Shown here piece after piece: positions 39,966 through 43,731 of a DNA stretch of 43,731 nucleotides. The translations under genes and the position numbers were made by a program. Each line of letters starts with the position of its first letter. Positions within the stretch are counted from its first letter, which is position 1. The DNA comes from Erythrobacter sp. (GTDB lineage: Bacteria; Pseudomonadota; Alphaproteobacteria; Sphingomonadales; Sphingomonadaceae): positions 1 to 43,731 of the forward strand of contig JANQTR010000111.1 of assembly GCA_030731635.1 (NCBI GenBank), read 5' to 3'. The notes under the pieces are model-generated. The model searched no databases and had not been told where the DNA came from. It was given only the letters and a program-made list of their open reading frames with translations.

Positions 39966-40083
39966 CGGGTCATCCTCCATCAGCGGGGGTTTGGTGGGAT
40001 CGGGCGGGGGCTCGATCCGAAGGTGCCAACCCTCCTGCTGAAACCCGTTATATGCCCGGTGCGGCGCACATGCAGGCGCGCTT

Positions 40084-40176
40084 CGATCAAACTGCCGCCG
40101 CAATCCGACCGGCGCGGCGGGTGCCTGACCAAGAGTGCGCGGCGGCGGACAGATGGCGGTTTCCAATCGACCAGCG
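40084..40176. promoter_or_regulatory. five phased degenerate direct repeats, putative LytTR sites
   Basis: CGATCAAAC, CGACCGGCG, TGACCAAGA, GGACAGATG, CGACCAGCG at spacings 22/20/21/21. Confidence 0.5.
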
Positions 40177-40194
40177 CATTGCCATATTGTGCAG

Positions 40195-40467
40195 ATGGGA
40201 TGGCCGACGATCATGATCTTTGTGCTGGGTATCGGCAATTTCGCGCTTAACCGCGCGGTGTTCGATAGTGGGCATCCTCTGTTTGCGCGGCTGCCGCGTG
40301 CCAGCCAGGTGTTGAGCAGCCGCGCCGCCTTGGTGACCGAGTTTGCGATATTGTTCTTTGCGCTACTGTTATCGGTCCAAGGCTGGCCGGGGTTTGTGTG
40401 GACCTATTTGATCTATACCGCACTCAACGGCGCGGTGGGCTGGCTGATCCTGTCAGGGCGGGTATAG
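40195..40467 (+). CDS. small hypothetical membrane protein
   Basis: Hydrophobic; FVLGIGNFALNRAV..SGHP, EF, YTALNG. Confidence 0.65.
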   Translation: MGWPTIMIFVLGIGNFALNRAVFDSGHPLFARLPRASQVLSSRAALVTEFAILFFALLLSVQGWPGFVWTYLIYTALNGAVGWLILSGRV

Positions 40468-40476
40468 GCGTTGGCG

Positions 40477-41262
40477 ATGACCACCCGTTTATTCCATATC
40501 AGCGATGTGCATTTCGGGGTCGAAGATCCCGCTGCGCTTGAAGCCTTCGCGCGGGCGGTGGCGGACGAACGCCCCGATGTGGTGGTGTGCACCGGTGATC
40601 TGACCCAGCGCGCTAAACATTCCGAATATGCCGATGCGCAAGAATGGTTCGCGTCACTCGGTGTGCCGGTGGTGCTGGAACCGGGCAATCACGACATGCC
40701 CTATTACAACCCATGGGAGCGGTTCACCGATCCTTTCCGGCGCTACAACCGGCTTAACGCGGCGGTGGGGACGGGGTTTGTTTCGCCCGATGTTGCGCTG
40801 GTGCCGCTGCGAACGACGGTGCGGGCGCAGCGCCGGTTCCCGTGGTCTGACGGGGTGGTGACCCGCGACGCACTCGAAGCAACGCTGGCTGATCTCGCGG
40901 CGCTGCGGGATGATCCGCGCACCATCATCGTGATTGGGCATCACCCGCTGCTTGGGCCTGAAAGCGCTCCGACCAATCCCACTATCGGCGGTGATGCCGC
41001 CTTTGCGCAGCTTGCCGCGGCGGGCGTACATGCGGTGATTTCGGGCCACGTCCATGTGCCGTTCGACCAGTTGCGCAGCGTGGCGGGCGGGCCGGTAATG
41101 CGGATGATCGGCACCGGCACCCTGTCGACCCGCTTGCGCCACGGCGCGCCAGCATCGTGGCGCGAGATCATATGCGCGCCCGGAGGGGTGATTGAAACGC
41201 GGCTGCGGCTGCCCGCCTCCGCGATCATGCCTGCGGGTGAGGCTGCAACGCAATCCTCCTGA
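40477..41262 (+). CDS. metallophosphoesterase
   Basis: SDVHFG, TGDLT, PGNHD, HHP, GHVH. Confidence 0.9.
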   Translation: MTTRLFHISDVHFGVEDPAALEAFARAVADERPDVVVCTGDLTQRAKHSEYADAQEWFASLGVPVVLEPGNHDMPYYNPWERFTDPFRRYNRLNAAVGTGFVSPDVALVPLRTTVRAQRRFPWSDGVVTRDALEATLADLAALRDDPRTIIVIGHHPLLGPESAPTNPTIGGDAAFAQLAAAGVHAVISGHVHVPFDQLRSVAGGPVMRMIGTGTLSTRLRHGAPASWREIICAPGGVIETRLRLPASAIMPAGEAATQSS

Positions 41263-41403
41263 TCAGGCTCTTAACCTTTTCCCTAGCAGGGACGTTAAGG
41301 TTTTGTTGGTGAAATCCCCCTTGCTGGCCCGCAGACGTCTCATGGCGTGTGGCGCCTGACAATGAACCTGGTCTTTGCCGAACAGCTTGGAGGGGTGTGT
41401 GCG

Positions 41404-41601
41404 ATGGATTTGATCAAAGCGCTGACGCTGGGCGCGATACTTTCGGCGACTTTGGCGCTGGTGATTGGATCGCAGGGGACCAGCGCGGGGCCGCTGGCGA
41501 TTCATCTGATTCCGGTTGCCGATGCCAGAGTGTATTGGTCGTGGCCGGTCTTTTTCGGCGGCAGCGGCCTGTCATTCGGGCTCATGCTGCTGCAACGCTG
41601 A
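41404..41601 (+). CDS. 65-aa membrane protein
   Basis: GGAGGGG SD; two hydrophobic segments, YWSWPVF. Confidence 0.65.
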   Translation: MDLIKALTLGAILSATLALVIGSQGTSAGPLAIHLIPVADARVYWSWPVFFGGSGLSFGLMLLQR

Positions 41602-41638
41602 GGCCGCTTGGGCGCACCGCATGAAATAGGGCGACATG

Positions 41639-41672
41639 AAAAAGGGCGGCTCCCTTTCGGGGGCCGCCCTTT
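41639..41672. terminator. bidirectional Rho-independent terminator after rpsI
   Basis: AAAGGGCGGCTCCC-TTTC-GGGGGCCGCCCTTT. Confidence 0.85.
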
Positions 41673-41689
41673 GTCCTTGCCTCGATAAA

Positions 41690-41744
41690 GCGTTTAGCGC
41701 TTCGAGAACTGCCAGCCGGGGCGCGTTTAGCGCTTCGAGAACTG
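41690..41744. repeat. 22-bp direct repeat of the rpsI 3' end
   Basis: GCGTTTAGCGCTTCGAGAACTG at 41690-41711 and 41723-41744. Confidence 0.9.
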
Positions 41745-42242
41745 GAAGCTGCGGCGGGCCTTGGCCTTGCCGTACTTTTTGCGTTCCACCACGCGGCTGT
41801 CGCGGGTGAGGAAGCCTTCTGCCTTGACCGTAGAGCGCAGTTCAGGCTCGTACTTGGTCAGAGCTTGGGAAATGCCGTGCTTCACGGCGCCCGCCTGACC
41901 GGACAAGCCACCGCCACGAACGGTGCAGATCACATCATACTGGCCGGCGCGGTCAGTGATGGTGAAGGGCTGGTTGATCACCAGACGCAGGGTCGGACGC
42001 GCGAAATAGGTTTCCTGATCGCGGCCATTGATGGTGATCTTGCCGGTCCCCGGCTTGACCCATACGCGGGCCACGGCATCCTTGCGGCGGCCAGTGGCGT
42101 AGGAACGGCCCTGGGCGTCGATTTCGCGGTCGCGCAGCGGCATGGCCACACGGGCGATTTCGGCAGCGTCGCCCTGCGGCACGCCAGCGGCGATGTCTTT
42201 CAGATCGGCGAGATCGGACACGGTCGTGGTTTCATCAGTCAT
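41727..42242 (-). CDS. rpsI: 30S ribosomal protein S9
   Basis: [42 protein letters not shown]. Confidence 0.98.
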   Translation of the reverse strand: MTDETTTVSDLADLKDIAAGVPQGDAAEIARVAMPLRDREIDAQGRSYATGRRKDAVARVWVKPGTGKITINGRDQETYFARPTLRLVINQPFTITDRAGQYDVICTVRGGGLSGQAGAVKHGISQALTKYEPELRSTVKAEGFLTRDSRVVERKKYGKAKARRSFQFSKR

Positions 42243-42721
42243 TATGCAACGACCTTGTTCTTGCGGTTCATGGAAGCAACGTCGAGCACGGAGGGCTTCT
42301 GCCCGTCATGCGGATGCTCGGTGCCGACATAGAGGTGCAGCGCACGCATCTGGTCACGGCCAAGCGGGCCGCGCGGAATCATGCGTTCCACAGCCTTTTC
42401 AAGCACGCGTTCGGGGAAACGACCGCCCAGCACCTTGGCCGGGGTGGTTTCCTTGATCCCGCCGGGGTGGCCGGTGTGCTTGTAATAGATCTTGTTGCCC
42501 ATCTTGTTGCCGGTGAACCTCACCTTTTCAACGTTGATGACGATCACATGGTCGCCGCAATCGACGTGCGGGGTGTAGATCGGCTTGGTCTTGCCGCGCA
42601 GGATGTTGGCGATGATCGCGGCGAGACGGCCGACGACCAGACCATCGGCATCGATAATGTGCCAGTTCTTTACGACCTCGGCCGGTTTAACGGACCGGGT
42701 CTGCTTGCTGAGCGCCTTCAT
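42242..42721 (-). CDS. rplM: 50S ribosomal protein L13
   Basis: [37 protein letters not shown]; start trimmed to MKALSK. Confidence 0.97.
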   Translation of the reverse strand: MKALSKQTRSVKPAEVVKNWHIIDADGLVVGRLAAIIANILRGKTKPIYTPHVDCGDHVIVINVEKVRFTGNKMGNKIYYKHTGHPGGIKETTPAKVLGGRFPERVLEKAVERMIPRGPLGRDQMRALHLYVGTEHPHDGQKPSVLDVASMNRKNKVVA

Positions 42722-42945
42722 GGCATGTGTCCTTGGTTCGAAACTGTTTCTCGGGAAGTGGTCCGGAGAATCGCCCGCCTGATCCGCAGATCGGGTGAAC
42801 AAGTGGGGCGCAAATGTCGGTGAGTGGGGTGAAAGTCAAGCAAAAGCGCGCTTTTTCGATAGGGTAAAATAATACCGCATGTCTGACGAGGCTGTGATTG
42901 GGCCAAGATTGGGCTGCCTACATCCCGCCGCCAAAACCCTGCAGA

Positions 42946-43695
42946 CTAGACTGGGCTGAGCGTCCAGACTTCGAGCGCGCGGCGCGTCAGGCCTGCGACG
43001 GTGGTGATCACCTCACGCTCTGCATGTTTGAGCCAGGGCGCGTCAGCTTGAGGTTCAGCGCTGTAATGCAGGGTGAATTGCCCGTTCAGTCCGCCGGGCA
43101 GTGCAACCGAACGGCTCATGTCGACCGGTTTCCCGGTCGGAAACAGCAGATCGGCCGGCAGCGTGTCGAGCGCCGTGGCTCCGGCCTGATGCACCTGCGC
43201 CAGATAGAGACGATACCGCTCGCGCTCGTCAGCGGGTAGTGATTGCCCCGCAATCATTGCCTCGGCCGCTTGCAGGGCGTCGGTCACTGCAACATCTGAG
43301 GGTGGCGTGAGGTCTGAGGAAAGGATTGTGCCGTCCTCTGCCAGCATCAACGGAAACATCGCGCTGGTATCGCGCTGCTGTTCGATCTGGGCGAGGGTGG
43401 CCAGATGCGGCGGGGCGGTCACCTCGGCGCCGATCTGTTCCCCGTTAATCACAATGCCGCGTCCCAGCCTTTGGTACCGCACCATCCAGCTCCGCCGGAC
43501 AGTGATGGCCGCAGCGTCGCCAATCCCACGCTCCAGCACCCGTTCAAGGCGCAGCGCGGCTTCAGGCAGGCGCAGGGGCAGAGTGGGGGCAGCGCTGAGC
43601 GGCGCGGTCAGGCTGCGCAGAACGCTCGTTGCGCCGCCCGACACCCCAACCCCGATCAACGCCAGCAGCAGGGCTCGCCGCGTCTTCGCAATCAT
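42946..43695 (-). CDS. hypothetical exported protein (possible Tat signal)
   Basis: MIAKTRRALLLALIG N-terminus; GGGGA SD; no domain recognised. Confidence 0.6.
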   Translation of the reverse strand: MIAKTRRALLLALIGVGVSGGATSVLRSLTAPLSAAPTLPLRLPEAALRLERVLERGIGDAAAITVRRSWMVRYQRLGRGIVINGEQIGAEVTAPPHLATLAQIEQQRDTSAMFPLMLAEDGTILSSDLTPPSDVAVTDALQAAEAMIAGQSLPADERERYRLYLAQVHQAGATALDTLPADLLFPTGKPVDMSRSVALPGGLNGQFTLHYSAEPQADAPWLKHAEREVITTVAGLTRRALEVWTLSPV

Positions 43696-43731
43696 CGCTG
43701 TCCCCTTTTCCAAACCGGCGATGCACGGCAC

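Noticed and set aside
1-43731. Defence systems, prophage, IS elements, tRNA or rRNA genes
   Set aside because: I found no such motifs and no obvious compositional island by eye.

Overview
This is a GC-rich alphaproteobacterial chromosome segment. Gene content and order suggest Sphingomonadales, probably Erythrobacter/Porphyrobacter-like (inference). It appears to span the replication origin. The conserved block is parB-parA-rsmG-mnmG-mnmE ... rho-hemJ-hemE <- [oriC, ~21356-21702] -> DUF299 kinase/pyrophosphorylase-maf-aroE-coaE-dnaQ-hpf-ptsN. Other genes include fdxA-carD, tsaC/sua5, xth, erpA, pcm-tolC-popZ, fumC, a LytS/LytTR two-component pair, a UrcA-family gene and rplM-rpsI. I found no transposase, integrase, phage gene, rRNA, tRNA or CRISPR array. 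The most interesting signals are non-coding or hidden in genes. (1) Seven parS palindromes, five of them inside ORFs in different reading frames. (2) A LytS/LytTR pair converging on a UrcA-family gene whose promoter carries five ~21-bp-phased AlgR-like repeats and a long 5' hairpin; this is the best candidate for an undescribed regulatory module. (3) A shared TGTATTA-N6-CAAYAC operator-like palindrome upstream of pcm-tolC-popZ and of a GIN-domain lipoprotein gene. (4) Two stand-alone BLUF photoreceptor genes directly behind rho. (5) A 22-bp duplication of the rpsI 3' end that resembles an integration scar. (6) Many apparently leaderless promoters. All functional calls come from motif recognition by eye; no database searches were run.
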